Part shown: piece after piece, positions 14,054 through 27,468 of the stretch
Layout: each line of letters opens with the position of its first letter
Numbering within the stretch: position 1 is the first letter of the stretch
NCBI GenBank assembly: GCA_951406725.2
Contig: OX597816.1
Coordinates: 29,822,001-29,886,000, forward strand
Reading direction: 5' to 3'
DNA length: 64,000 nucleotides
Source: Octopus vulgaris
Lineage: Eukaryota
Translations under genes and position numbers: made by a program
The notes under the pieces: generated by a model
Told to the model about the DNA's origin: nothing
Seen by the model: the letters and a program-made list of their open reading frames with translations, nothing else
The model's database searches: none

Positions 14054-14473
14054 GGATCATTTCGGTTTGAACGACAGTTTTTTCTAGCGGTGTCATATGA
14101 AATTGTCACCCATAATTATGACCCTAGTATCGATCTATTGCATTTCAATCTGTTTTAGGTTAGGGTTAGGATTAGGGGTGGGGGGAAGGGTATCTTTTTT
14201 ACTTAACAAATGTAAATAAACCCAATCTGTTTCTTAAACGAGGGACATATTCATACAGCACAGAATGTTTTTTACCTCAACAGACGTCAGTGATTGGTTG
14301 AAATTGAAGAAATTGAAGAAAAAAACAACAAATATCTTACAAACTATAGATTTTCTCAATAAAGCCAAGAGAAAAAGATGTTTTATAAACACATTCTACC
14401 AGTATATGAAGTTTAACATCTTTTAGTTGCCTAGAAATTATGTCAAAAACTGCCGTTCAAACCGAAAAGATCC
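14054..14473. mobile_element. MITE with GGATC-starting TIRs and internal TTAGGG-like tract
   Basis: TIR GGATCATTTCGGTTTGAACGACAGTTTTT / AAAAACTGCCGTTCAAACCGAAAAGATCC; 8-bp TSD AATATTTC. Confidence 0.9.
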
Positions 14474-14655
14474 AATATTTCACCTCTATAGAGGTCTCAG
14501 TATATAAAGATAACAATCTGTAAATTTATTATTTTTCAGAGTTAATCATATCTACCATGTCTGGATTCAAACATCTCAAAATTTGGAAAGTGAAGTGGTG
14601 GCCATTTAATTTCATGTAATATGTCATGAATTTTCCTTAAGCAATAGAGTCATAC

Positions 14656-14831
14656 GAGGGAAGCCAATTTTGGTTGCTGTGTTTAAATTACAACTTAACA
14701 TAACACTACCTCCTGCACTTTGCTGTCTTTCAGTTAGTTTCCATCTATTGGACACAATCACTTCAGGCTCTCGGTTTAACACTACACTTGCCTCAGCTAT
14801 ATTAGATAAGATATCAATGTTACATGTATTC
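14656..14831 (-). CDS. Putative internal coding exon (176 nt, phase 2 to phase 1)
   Basis: Acceptor tttaattgtag|G and donor C|gtatga; open frame NTCNIDILSNIAEASVVLNREPEVIVSNRWKLTERQQSAGGSVMLSCNLNTATKIGFP; non-repetitive sequence. Confidence 0.55.
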
Positions 14832-15082
14832 CTACAATTAAATGATATAATCAAAAATTAAATTACATTCCTTCAGCTACGAATTGAAAGAGCGTCGTTA
14901 TGTAGATGAGCTAGTAATTTGCAATTTAATGTAGTGTGATCTGGCCTAGATTTATCGGTGTTTTATAAACTTTCTATATAGTAAGTCAGTTACTGCAGTA
15001 TCAGGAAAGAATAGCAAAGGTTATACTTTAGCTGATAAAGACTAATAATGAAACCAAACCTCAAATTTGACTAGTTTACTTA

Positions 15083-15520
15083 GGATCTTTTCGGTTTCAA
15101 CGGCAGTTTTTCTTGCGGTGTCATATGAAATTGGCACCCATAATTATGACCCTAGAATCGATCTATTGCATTTCAATCTGTTTTAGGGTTAGGGTTAGTT
15201 GGCGTTAGGGTTAGGGTTAGGGGTGGGGAGAAGGGTATATTTTTTTTCTTAACAAATGTAAATAAACCCAATCTGTTTCTTAAACGAGCGACATATTCAT
15301 ACGGCACAGAATTTTTTTTTACCTCAATGGACGTCAGTGATTGGTTGAAATTGCAGAAATTGAAGAAAAAACAACAAATATCTTACAAACTATAGAATGT
15401 TCTCAATAAAACCAAGAATAAAAGATGTTTTATAAACACATTCTACCAGTATACGAAGTTTAAAATTTTTTAGTTACCTAGAAATTATGTTAAAAACTGC
15501 CGTTCAAACCGAAAAGATCC
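15083..15520. mobile_element. Second copy of the GGATC-TIR MITE
   Basis: Same TIRs and body as 14054-14473; flanked by GACTAGTTTACTTA / GACTATTTTACTTA. Confidence 0.9.
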
Positions 15521-15840
15521 GACTATTTTACTTACTCAATTAAAAGTTATTGTCACATGGCTATACTTCTTGATATTGTGTATCGTAGTGTAGGTTTATT
15601 AACAATGTATTTCCCGAGGTAATATTTCTTTCGCATGAAAACATTAACTATGCTGAATTCCAGTTCATTTACACGAAGCAATTGTTAGTTATGTGGAATT
15701 CCTAATTATATTATAAACTACTTACAAATAGTACTTACTTCTATTTAGGTATACTGAGTTTTGATGTAGCGTTAAGACACCTAAGTATTTACGAGACAAA
15801 TTGTAGACATTTTAATAAGGAATTTTTTGCAACTTTCAAT

Positions 15841-16294
15841 GGATGGATGGAAGCACTCCGTCGGTTACGACGACGAGGGTTCCGGTTGATCCGAATCAAC
15901 GGAACAGCCTGCTCGTGAAATTAACGTGTAAGTGGCTGAGCACTCCACAGACACGTGTACCCTTAACGTAGTTCTCGGGGATATTCAGCGTGACACAGAG
16001 AGTGACAAGGCCGGCCCTTTGAAATACAGGTACAACAGAAACAGGAAGTAAGAATGAGAGAAAGTTGTGGTGAAAGAGTACAGCAGGGATCACCACCATC
16101 CCCTGCCGGAGCCTCGTGGAGCTTTAGGTGTTTTCGCTCAATAAACACTCACAACGCCCGGTCTGGGAAGCAACGCGTCTTCACGCGCGCACACACTCAC
16201 ACACACACACACACATATATACATACATACATATATATATATACATATATAGATAGATAGATTGATAGATAGATAGATAGACAGACAGATAGAC

Positions 16295-16356
<62 letters not shown>

Positions 16357-16406
16357 TTTTTCTAGCGGAGTCCGCTGCCCTAACCACTGGGCCATTGCGC
16401 CTCCAC
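15841..16406 (-). mobile_element. tRNA-derived SINE (family C head, long tail), interrupted by a ~200-bp insert
   Basis: Head GTGGAGGCGCAATGGCCCAGTGGTTAGGG; 12-bp TSD GCAACTTTCAAT at 15829-15840 and 16407-16418. Confidence 0.9.
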
Positions 16407-17737
16407 GCAACTTTCAATACACTATCGTTGGTGTGTTACTGTGGTCTTTTCTGTAGACTTTTCTTCCCACGGATAAACCTTATCTGCTTCCCCCTTTACA
16501 CTTTACACCATGACACTGTGATACATGATCCCTATTGATCGTTTTTCCCCCTTTTTCCCTTCTCCCTTTTTTTTCTCTTTCCCTTTTACGATCCCTTTTG
16601 TTCGAAAACCTAACCCACCTCTCTTTGGTTTTTCTTCTTCTTCTCTTCCCCAAAAAGAAAAGTTCTACTTTGTAATCTGTCCCGTCTGTGTGCAGCCCTG
16701 TGTGGCTAATCAAAAAACATATATTTGGTCACATCTTCGAGTGATCGGATCAACCGGAACCCTCGTCGTCGTAACCGACGGAGTGCTTCCATCCATTCGT
16801 ATATTTGACCCAATCGAGTATATAATCCAGAAGCAACGTCCAAGCATCTTCCGAAGAATTTATTTGACAGGAACTTTTATTGAAGTATTACGTATATTTA
16901 ATCATTAATGAAATGTTCTGTAATTAGAGTAGGAAATCTAATGGAAGAGATAGTTAAAATAATTAGAGAATTAAAATTAAAATATCTACTGAATTTGTTG
17001 AATACAAGTAATTCAGGGTCAATTGAACTCCTTTATATTTCTGTCAGACTGTTACATTCAGTGAAGTAGACAATTCGAAGTAATATTTCTGGACTTAAGC
17101 CGATGGATATAGCAACAAGTGTGAATAATTTAGAAATAAGTTCCAACGAATTATAGGAATGGCGGTATGGAATTGTGGTAGGGTGTATGTGTGTGTTAAA
17201 ATCTTTTAATGTGGGAGATTATAAACTTATTAATATGTTCCAATTTATAAACTCGGCGGATAATTTGATGCATAGCGATAGATTATAGAATGGAATAATT
17301 GTGTATAATAAACCGAGTGTCTTCATTATTCAAACGTATTTCTGACAAATTTTCTTTTAAATCTACGTCAAACTTACTGATTAGATAGATGGCCGTCATT
17401 AGAAGATTGAGTAAATTACAGTGGATTTAGTTTAGAGTCCGTTTAAATGTCCTTTCAGTCAGTATTTATAGTTTGGTCGGATTACATCCTGAGTTCCAAT
17501 TCATTGAATATAAAATTATTCATGCGGGTTTCGAGAAAACGGAACAAGTGCCGAAATTTTTCTAATCATATGAGGGATAGTAGGAAAATGTTTTTTCATG
17601 GGCACGGTCTCAATAATGAAATTCCCTAAAATTGCTATAAGTTAAAGAAATTGTATCCCTTTTATGTGATACAATGACATGCACCCAAATATACACATAT
17701 ACAAGAGTACATATAAATATATATACATAACTGGCGC

Positions 17738-17992
17738 TCAGCCGGATAAGACGACGAGTGTTTCAGTTAATCCGATTAATGAACTAGTCTGCACGTGAAA
17801 TGAATGTACAAGTGGCTGAACACTCTGCAGACACGTGTACCCTTAACGTGGTTTTCAGGGAGATTCAGAGAGATTCAAAATGGGATAATGCTGGCCCTTT
17901 GAATTACGTATACAACTCATTTTTGCCAGTTGTGTGGACTGGGGCAATGTGGAATAAGGTGTCTTGCTTAAGGATACAAACCGCCGCTGGGA
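17738..17992 (-). mobile_element. Older SINE sharing its 3' half with 15841-16030
   Basis: Shared CAGACACGTGTACCCTTAACGT and GGCCCTTTGAA blocks. Confidence 0.75.
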
Positions 17993-18048
17993 GGCAACGC
18001 GTCTTCACGCACGCGCACACACACACACACACATACATATATACATAC

Positions 18049-18275
<227 letters not shown>

Positions 18276-18291
18276 GGTGATGGTAGTGTTG

Positions 18292-18362
<71 letters not shown>

Positions 18363-18698
18363 CGTTGTAGTGATCGTCGTGGTTGTCATCACACTGGTAC
18401 TGGTGGAAATAATCCTTTCCACTATAGATAGGTGCGAGGCCTGAAATTTAGCGAAGTGGGGGGTTAGTCGCGTACATCGACCACAGAATTTGACTTGTAT
18501 TTATTTTATCGATCCGGAAAGGATGAAAGACAAAGTAAAGCTCTGCGGAATTTCAGCACAGAACGTAAAGACGGTCGAAATGCTGCTAAGCAATATTTCC
18601 TGCGTCCTAACGACGTTGGTAGCAAGGTATGATTTAAATGCTGCTGATAGTGGCAGCAGTGGCGACAACGGCAATGGTGGCGGTAGCTGTAGTTATGA

Positions 18699-18931
18699 AG
18701 GCGGAGAGCTGGTAGAAACATTAGCACGTCGGGCGAAATGCTTAGCGGTATTTCGTCTGCCGTTACGTTGTGAGTTCAAATTCCGCCGTGGTCGACTTTA
18801 CCTTTCATCCTTTCGGGGTCGATAAATTAAGTACCAGTTACGCACTGGGGGTCGATGTAATCGACTTAATACCTATGTCTGTCCTTGTTTCTCCCTTCTA
18901 TGTTTAGCCCCTTGTGGATAATAAAGAAATA
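18699..18931 (+). mobile_element. SINE family B, full length
   Basis: 17-bp TSD GGTAGCTGTAGTTATGA at 18682-18698 and 18932-18948. Confidence 0.92.
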
Positions 18932-19403
18932 GGTAGCTGTAGTTATGATAATGACGATGACGGCGACGGCGCTGGTGGTGGTGGTATCAATGACTAGTTT
19001 TGATAATTCTAAGAATAGTTACGGCGATAATAATGCGCCTGATGGAAGCTGTAGTGGTAGTGGCGTCGACGGTGGCGGTGGCGGTGGTAGTCGGCGTCGT
19101 GCCGGCGGTTGCAGAGACGAGGTTGAATTGGTGATTCTGGAGAATGGACAGCGAGTTTCCTGCTGTTACTTCTAGTTACTTCGAGTGATTGCTTCATTAG
19201 AGACAGCAGCAATAATTCAGATTTTATACTGGAGTCAACATCCATTCCAGATTATCCCTGTATGACTACCACTTCATTAACAACATCATTAATATACACA
19301 AACATAAGTGTGTGTGTGCGTGCGTGCGTGCGTGCGTACGTATGTATAAATATGTTTATTTATATATGTGTATATACTTATATATATATGTGTGTGTGTG
19401 TGT

Positions 19404-19702
19404 GTGCGGAGGCGCAATGGCCCAGTGGTTAGGGCAGCGGACTCGAGGTTGTAGGATCGCGGTTTCGATTCCCAGACCGGGCGTTGTGAGTGTTTATTGA
19501 GCGAAAACACCTAAAGCTCCACGGGGCGGTGATCCCTGCTGTATTCTTTCGCCACAACTTTCTCTCACTCTTTCTTCTGTTGGCCTGCTCGCTTAGCCAG
19601 CGGGGTGGCGTCATTTGAAGGCTAAAACAATGTGAAACGCATTGTGCCCAGCGATGTGGAGCAACATCTGATAGCCTGGTCGGTCACTGTGATCACGGTG
19701 AT
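19404..19702 (+). mobile_element. SINE family C head with alternative short tail
   Basis: A-box TGGCCCAGTGG, B-box-like GTTTCGATTCC; ends GATCACGGTGA then (TA)n; same type as 56463-56768. Confidence 0.9.
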
Positions 19703-20070
19703 ATATATATGCATTTAGGCATATGTTCATGTATTATGTATTCAGTTATCTAAAATATATCTATTTGTGTTGGTAATTGTACATCATTACGTGAGTATGT
19801 GGATGAAACATGCTTACAGATAGATATACAAATATTTATCAAAATAATGAACGTAAAACAATTACATCATGCCAATGTCATGATGGCTATTTAAAAAGAT
19901 AAATTCCACAAAAACCGAGTCGGTTCAAGTTGTTAGGAGAAACGCGATTTAAACAGAGGCCATATTTTCATGACGGTAATGAAAGTTTGTGTTTGTTAAA
20001 GATACGTTTGCTAGTTCCGATATAACATTAGCCGCTTAAGTACCAACTCAATGGCCTGAGGTTCGTTTTT

Positions 20071-20338
20071 TCCGTCCTTCTTTTTGTATACATTCGCTGC
20101 TTTCTTCCAAGGAATCTAATGCTCTTAGGTTAGTTTTTCCTTGAAGCTTGCCAGATTGGAGCAATCTCAAGTATAATCAGCCAAAATTGCGAGGATAATT
20201 TGGTGCTTGACTGAGGAAAGAAAACTTCGAATGACCCGTCCTTGCTTCCTTATATTGTCTATCTGGATGTTTTCCTGTCCGAATTTTGTATCATCTAGCT
20301 GTCCGGATGTTTTGCGTTCTTGTCCCATTTTGTATTTA
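20071..20338 (+). repeat. Interspersed repeat, 3' part of the 22600-23400 element
   Basis: High similarity to 23158-23400; ends in (TA)n. Confidence 0.85.
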
Positions 20339-20360
20339 TATATATATATATATATATATA

Positions 20361-21280
20361 TAGCGGCGTACGTACATTTTGGTCTATTATATGTGTAGCA
20401 ATATTGTTTTCTTCATTGCTATCTTCAATGTTTGAGAAAAATATTAAGAATGATCTCGTTTAAGATTACAAACATCTTTGGCTAGTTTAACCGTGTTGTG
20501 TCCACTATTTTGATTGGTTAGCATCTAAGCGCGTTCTGTCTCTCTACTTACTTCGCGCCAGTGTGTAAACTGACCAATCACGGCTTTCGGATAGGACTTT
20601 TCATTTGAACCATCTTAACTCTTTAAATAGGCTGATCATATCACGATTCACGTCTTTTGGCTTAAGACCTTCTAAGGTCTTGGTCGGAGACCACACAACA
20701 CAGAGCTTACTCAACCATGTTCCAGTTCGAAAGGCAGACGACAGCCAAGCCAAACCTAATATGAAGACGCTATTGTAAACTAAGCGACAGACATAACGTC
20801 ATCACCAACATCGTCTCTATCTACGAAGATTTAACTTGTACACAAGATAAATACAGATTCAACTCATGCTGTTGGTGTGAAAGTCTCACCACGGAAAAAC
20901 AGTTGCAGTATATATATCTGGAAGAATATATATATCAAAAGAAAAATTTGCACAACAAGCGACTCAACTAATCTCAGCTCCGAGACTCAAATCTTGTATA
21001 GAACTCATTATCGTGTACAACAGGAACTGGTAAAATAACTTCATTTAAACTCAAAATGTTGAGACTTCTCTCATGCTCTGTTGTATTTGCATAAACCTTA
21101 TTTCTGTAATTTTGTCGCACACACGAACACACAGACACAAATATTATAACATGCATTCATGACACAACACTACGCTAATGATAACAAATCACTTTGTACA
21201 CTGTGAAATAAATATATCTTTTCTTTATAAAAATAGAACGGTTTTTGGCGTTCCTGTATACATATACTTTGGCACTGTAT
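20361..21280 (+). mobile_element. Possible solo LTR
   Basis: ~0.9 kb block with CCAAT (CTGACCAATCA), TATA-like TTTAAATA and AATAAA near the 3' end; termini are not canonical TG..CA. Confidence 0.25.
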
Positions 21281-21302
21281 ATTAAATATGTATTATGGCT
21301 TA

Positions 21303-22595
21303 TACGAGGGACGTTCAATAAGTAATGCCTCTGACCCACTTCCAGTTGTTGGATCTAGCTGAAATTTTGCATGTGCAATTATTTATATCTCCATAGATTA
21401 AGTGGCAAATTACAGCTCTAAACTAATTGTGGTTTCTGATTTACAGGTGTTTGAACTGAGTCAAGTGTGAAATGGAGTCTGTTGAATGTCGAGCAGTGAT
21501 CCGGGTTTTGTATTTGAAAGGACGCACACCACGGGAGACTTTTGATGAAATGAAAGTAACTTATTGGGATAATGCCCCATCATATGACCTTGTAAAACGC
21601 TGGCATCGTGAATTCAAACATTGTCGGAACTCTGTGGAAACAGCTCCCAGATCTGGTCGCCCCCTTCTGCCATTGACGAGGCATCTGTCCGTCAAGTTGA
21701 GGCTGCCATTTTGGAAGATCGACGCATAACTATTCGCGAAATAGCCCATGAGGTCAAGATTAGTACCGGGTCTGTGGAAACTATCATTCATGACCATTTG
21801 CATATGCAAAAGGTGTCTGCCAGATGGATTCCCAGGTTGCTCACATCTTTCCAGAATCAAGAACGCGTCGATTGCTCGTGGATGGATTTGGAGATGTGCT
21901 AAGAAGATGAGTCAAAATTTTTCAAAAGACTGATTACACAGGATGAAACCTGGGTCCATCACTATGATCCAGAGACCAAAGCCCAGTCAATGCAGTGGAA
22001 GCACCGTGACTCCCCTCCTCCAAAGAAGGCAAGGGTGCAGCCCTCCGCTGGCAAGGTTATGCTCACAGTCTTCTGGGACCAGGACGGAGTAGTGATGACA
22101 GATTTCCTGGCAAATGGTGCCACAATTACAGGAGCCTATTATGCTTCACTTTTGAGGAAATTAAGAGAAGCTATCAAAATCAAGAGGTGGGGCAAGATCA
22201 GCAAAGGCATCCTCCTCCTGCAGGACAACGCTCCGTTCCACAACTCGCGTGTCGCCAGATCAGAAGCACAGGCGTGCGGCTATGAACTCCTCCCCATCCC
22301 CCTACTCTTCTGACCTTGCACCTTCTGATTTTCACCTCTTCCCAGCCATGAAGTTGTTTTTGAAAGGAAAGCGTTTCCCAGATGATGCAGCCTTGATTTC
22401 TGAAGTCATGTCGTGGCTGGAGGACCAAGCTGGTGCCTTCTACAGAAACGATCTTCAGAGCTGCATCAAACGATGGGAGAAATGTGTAACTCTGGGTGGT
22501 TCCTATGCAGAAAAAGACTAATAACTGTGCGAAGTTTCGTTGCTCTACTGCTATGGGAAGTGGGTCAGGGGCATTACTTATTGAACGCCCTCGTA
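21303..22595 (+). mobile_element. Mariner transposon (DD34D type), full length but disrupted
   Basis: TIRs TACGAGGG(A/-)CGTTCAATAAGTAATGCC..TGACCCACTTCC with TA TSD; transposase 21472-22521 has WIPRLL, ITQDETWVH, QDNAPFH, YSSDLAPSDFHLF; frameshifts and one stop. Confidence 0.97.
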
Positions 22596-22599
22596 TAAC

Positions 22600-23400
22600 A
22601 TTAAGTTGTGTTATGTTGGGATGCGGCCGGACGCTGTTGAACAAGAGGAGAAAATATGTCACCGAAACTCCCTCTCGTGTGGTCGTATACTAACATATAT
22701 GTAAGAAGTGTACATTTTTCTAAATCTTGTACTACTCTATTTCTGTCTATCAGCCCTTTCACGCTTATTCGTTCATTCCACGTTTCGTTTTATCGTTTCC
22801 CCTCTCTCATATTTTCGTTGCCTTCCCTTTTTGCTCACTTTCCCTCCACTTTTCACTTCACTGTGTCCTTGTAATTTTTTTACGCCCCTCCTTAATTCTT
22901 CTATCCCTCGCTTCTACTTTTCTCTCTTCCTTTCCCGTGTGACCGGCGTTCGGCCAAGCCTGTTCTTTCTTTCTTGGTCTGACCGTTGTCCGTGCAACAT
23001 CGATATTCTTCCCTGTGATCGTGAAAACCTTGTATCTCTGTCGTAAGGCTTCATTTCCACACACGCCAGTTTAATTCAATACGTCCTTAGTCGAAGACAC
23101 CTTTTATTATTATTATTTTTATTGTATTTGTATTTGTGTAACATTGTCCATCTTTTCCCGTCCTTCTTTTTGTATGCATTCGCTGCTTTCTTCCAAGGAA
23201 TCTAATGCTCTTAGCTTAGTTTTCCTTGGGGCTGGCCAGATTGGAGCAATCTCAAGCATAATCACCCGAAATTGCGAGGATAATCTTGTGCTTGACTGAG
23301 GAAAGAAAACTTTGAATGACCCGTCCTTGTTTCCTTGTATCGTCTATCTGGATGTTTTAGCTGTCCGGATGTTTTGCGTTCTTGTCCCATTTTGTATTTA
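22600..23400 (+). mobile_element. Probable PLE-derived 3' region
   Basis: Begins with TLLNKRR, resembling a PLE GIY-YIG C-terminus; pyrimidine-rich UTR; 3' part duplicated at 20071-20338. Confidence 0.4.
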
Positions 23401-23576
23401 CACACTCACACACACACACACACACACACACAAACATACACACGCACATATATATCTATATATACACATACATGCACATATGTATGTATGTATGCATGTA
23501 TGTATATATATAAATACCTATACACACACACATACATACATACATACATACATACATACATACATACATACATACA

Positions 23577-23609
<33 letters not shown>

Positions 23610-24169
23610 GCATACACTTTATGCACACACACACAATAGTATCGAAGAGTGAGAATGAGTGCTCAAAACCGATTTTGGTGCGTAAATAATTTTTATCTAT
23701 TGATTAATATTACAACCAATGGCTTCATGTAAAAATTTCTAATCTTTCAGCGATCCAATTGAGAATGTTGGTGATCGTCTCCATTTGGGTTGAGAATAAA
23801 CGTAGTTACGCGAGTCTAGATGAGACTTCAGAATAAGCACACTTATAAGAATTTCTTAGTTTTTATCTCCTCCATAAATTAATTACTTCCTTATTTATCT
23901 TAAGCGCAAACATTCAAACATGCCCATATACTTACACTTAAGAATTTCAGCATGAGCTCCTGTGGCTATATGTATTTGATGCATATTGTGCATGTAATCG
24001 ATATCCAAAATTTTGATCGTGTTGGCTAGTTAAGGATATGTGGGATGATGAGGTCAACTGGTTATATTTAACTATAGTTTCTTCCGCAACATAGTATCGG
24101 TGATTTTCAGTCACAATAAAATTAATAACATTAGGAACACCCGTCATAGAGTTTCTTATTTTTTATTCT

Positions 24170-24580
24170 TTGAAAAGTATCCCCGAACAATATGTGCCTG
24201 GAAACAAAACTAGTGTATAAGACCAGCATCACGGACATGAACGGAATGATAAGAAACTTTTATCGGAATTACTGGAAATACCTTCAAAAAAATATATGGA
24301 AGAAATGGCTTCAATTTGAGACAAGAACAAAAGATACGCAACGTCTTTATCAAGTATAGTATCAACTCTTAAAGAGTCCACCATGGACAACCCACATATA
24401 AAATGGAGAACCATAGCTAAGGCCAGGAAGTATAAGAGACGGTGTAGGAAATGCGATCCCTGTATCACAGAGAAATTGAATATTATAAGATCAGAAGTAA
24501 ACAATTTTAAAACTAGAGAAGAAATCTTCTCCCCTCTGCATATACAAAGAATAATTCAGACTTCAAAACTTAAAGCATGA
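24170..24580 (+). mobile_element. Penelope-like GIY-YIG C-terminal remnant
   Basis: IKWRTIAKARKYKRRCRKCDPCITEKLNIIR..REEIFS resembles the IKW..CxLCxxEK..NKRxE motif of PLE endonucleases. Confidence 0.75.
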
Positions 24581-24614
24581 CCCCTCAACCAAATTGCCAC
24601 ACATCCAACCTGGG

Positions 24615-25345
24615 TAAAGTAATGTTTACATGGTAAATACACATCATTGGCATTCGGATTCCAAACTACAACTGAAGGCTTTCTTATTGCTGCTCCGGAT
24701 CAGTGTTTGCCAACTAGAAATTATTTTCTACTCTAGGCACAAGGACCGAAATTTGGACGGGAGGGGCCAGTCAATCAGATCGTCCCCAGGACGCAACTGG
24801 TACTTAATATATCAACCCCGAAAGGATGAGAAGCAAAGTCGACCTCGGCGGAATTTGAACTCAGAACGTAGCGGCATACGAAATACCCATTTCTTTACTA
24901 CCCACAAGGGGCTACACACAGAAGAGACAAACAATGACAGACAGACGGATTAAGTCGATTATATCGACTCCAGTGCGTAACTGGTACTTAATTTATCGAC
25001 CCCGAAAGGGTGAAAGGCAAAGTCGACCTCGGCGGAATTTGAACTTAGAACGTAGCTGCAGACGAAATACCGCTAAGCATTTCGCCCGGCGTGCTAAAGA
25101 TTCTGTCAGCTCGCCGCCTTTTAACAACTAAAAATTACTTAACCAATAACCTTAGAATGGTACTGAACTCTCTTGTCGCTTATCTGAAAAAACTTGGTAA
25201 ACAATTGGGCACCTCATTTCTGGTTACTTCATAAGCCTCAGTATCGTATAGTAACTGCCATGATAAACTTCGTCGGTATTTGTACTAGATCATATGAGGT
25301 CAGTTTTGGCACTCGTATAAGGAGAACTAGTAGAAACATCAAAGA
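24615..25345 (+). mobile_element. R4/Dong-like RLE LINE fragment interrupted by a SINE dimer
   Basis: TEGFLIAAPDQCLPTRNY before the SINE and SCRL..TIGHLISG..CHDK after it; compare ETEGFLIAAQDQSLPTRNY in the 61688-63136 ORF. Confidence 0.75.
24724..25124 (-). mobile_element. SINE family B dimer with two different tails
   Basis: TSD CAACTA(G/A)AAATTA at 24711-24723 and 25125-25137. Confidence 0.88.
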
Positions 25346-25481
25346 ATGATAACTCTGCCAGTAATCCTAGAAGATTTGAAGATATCGAATATCGCTTTTA
25401 TATATAATGATCACGAGCAAGCTATTCCGTTGATCGGAGGAACTGGAACTCTCCGTAACGGACGGTGTGTCAACGACAACA

Positions 25482-25624
<143 letters not shown>

Positions 25625-25763
25625 TAGAGAAAAACTACTATTATGCAATTCAAACAATCATAGACATAAATGATAGAATTGCATAATAGCGGTTTTTCTC
25701 TAATTTATATATTATATATTTATATTGTGAAATTTGATTTAATACTAAATTGAATTTTCCCTG

Positions 25764-25814
<51 letters not shown>

Positions 25815-26734
25815 AATTATGGATACGTGTGTATAAGTATATATACGTACTTACATATGTCTTTAGGAATTATCTTTATTTGTGAATGTGAAGCTGCCAT
25901 AGTCAAGTTTTCGTACAGCTGGTCACATTCTTAGATTCACTGTTCTGTCACATGTTTATTCGAGGCAGTAATATATCTGTTGTCTGCCTGATATTTTATT
26001 TATTTATTCAGATGTTAAAGCTGTTTTTGTCTTATAGCATCTTAACTCTTGTTGACTTCGCTTCAATAAAAGAAAGGAAATTACAGCTTTCTTTCAGCAG
26101 ATGTCGAATAAGCAACTCTACAGAACAGAAGCGGCTGTCTTAAATAAAAGACACGCTACGCTGAATGTGCAATCATTTTTTGATTTCTATTTCTGTTTTA
26201 AAACAAGTATGCTACTTTTTTCAGTTTTCTTTTATGCCATGAACTGTGTGAAACAAATGTATCGAAACACATAATTACTTTATATCTTTTCATTGGGCCA
26301 AATAGTTAATAACATAAATTTTTCTTTTTCAGAAAAGAAATTAGTCAATAGTCAATCAGATTTATAAAATACAGTCACGATACAAATGACTGAACAAAAT
26401 TCAGCAGCCAGTTACGAAACCTTGCCTTTTATGTTGTACATAAGAACCAATTGTGTTTTGTGTTTGAAGTGTTCTTTTTCAAATCTGTGCTCACCATCCA
26501 CGTCCTGGGTAGCCTACTATTGAGCTATTGTGCTAATAAAACTGGACGAAATCAAACCTGGTATCTAAAAATAAAGGTAAACATATACATAATTTAGTAT
26601 CGTTGCAATATTGAACTTTCTTTTATTATATACATACATATACACATATGTATATACATATGGATGTGTGCGCGCGTGTGCGTGCGTGTGTATGTGAATG
26701 TATGCATATGCGTATATACATACATATATATATA

Positions 26735-26936
26735 AAGTTAATCCAAACAAGAAAGCACAAAAAACACAACAACACGAGGACGTGGAACAAATATAGTATT
26801 ATTGGACGCTCGGGAAAGAAGGAAAGAAGGAGGGTTTAACGTTTCGAGCGGAGCTCTTCGTTGGAAACATAGGAGAAGGAAAGATCCAGAGAAGTGAAGA
26901 CAGAGGGAAAAAATCGCCAACGGTACACACGAGGTT
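26735..26936 (-). mobile_element. Short PLE pLTR-like element with degenerate hammerhead (26834-26868)
   Basis: Near-identical to 57974-58195; 3' end abuts (TA)n; GAGC ucc GCUC GAAACGUU motif. Confidence 0.6.
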
Positions 26937-27414
26937 TATTCCAAGAAAGTTAGAGGTAGTGAATCCAACCAACTAAGGGATAATATCTATCCAATATACT
27001 GCTGGTAGAATACCCAATTATTAATACACATGTGTTTTTTATTGCTTTGCAAATACATTACCGAGTGTACTAAATGGGTGAGGGTTAGAGAAACACCCAA
27101 GTACCTCAATTGCATCTACTAATTACTTCAGTCTACTAGAGGAATAAAGGTAGAATGAAGTATTTTTGCCTCTTGGCTGAAACAGCTGTATGATATTTTT
27201 TCAATTTATATTCCTGTATGTTATATTTTAATAATTACTGGTATCTTTATATATTTTATATGTAAAGCATAATATGTTATACATGTATGTATATTCTTGT
27301 AATTGTCATTTTAGTAAATATAAATAAATTGACATAATATAATGTCTAAAAGTTGATGAACCACTTTTAGATCCCCTCCATTTTCTTATAGCTCTCTCTC
27401 TCTCTCTCTCTCTC

Positions 27415-27468
<54 letters not shown>

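Noticed and set aside
14014-14500. CTGATGA plus hairpin split by the MITE, as a hammerhead
   Set aside because: No GAAA or cleavage triplet is found after removing the MITE.
14155-15225. TTAGGG runs as telomere or interstitial telomeric sequence
   Set aside because: Only 3-5 imperfect units, and they are internal to the MITE family.
19009-19245. 78-aa His/Arg-rich ORF
   Set aside because: It runs into a degenerate GGT/GGC trinucleotide tract, with an in-frame stop just upstream and no convincing splice context.
23243-23330. Hammerhead at CTGAGGA-AAG AAAA CTT-GAAT (also 20160-20240)
   Set aside because: An 8-bp stem I candidate exists (TCAAGCAT/GTGCTTGA), but GAAA is GAAT in both copies and stem III cannot form in a valid topology.
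27128-27195. GAAACAGCTGTA motif as a hammerhead (similar relics at 5737-5775 and 45560-45610)
   Set aside because: The 3' half is present but the CUGANGA core is unrecognisable.
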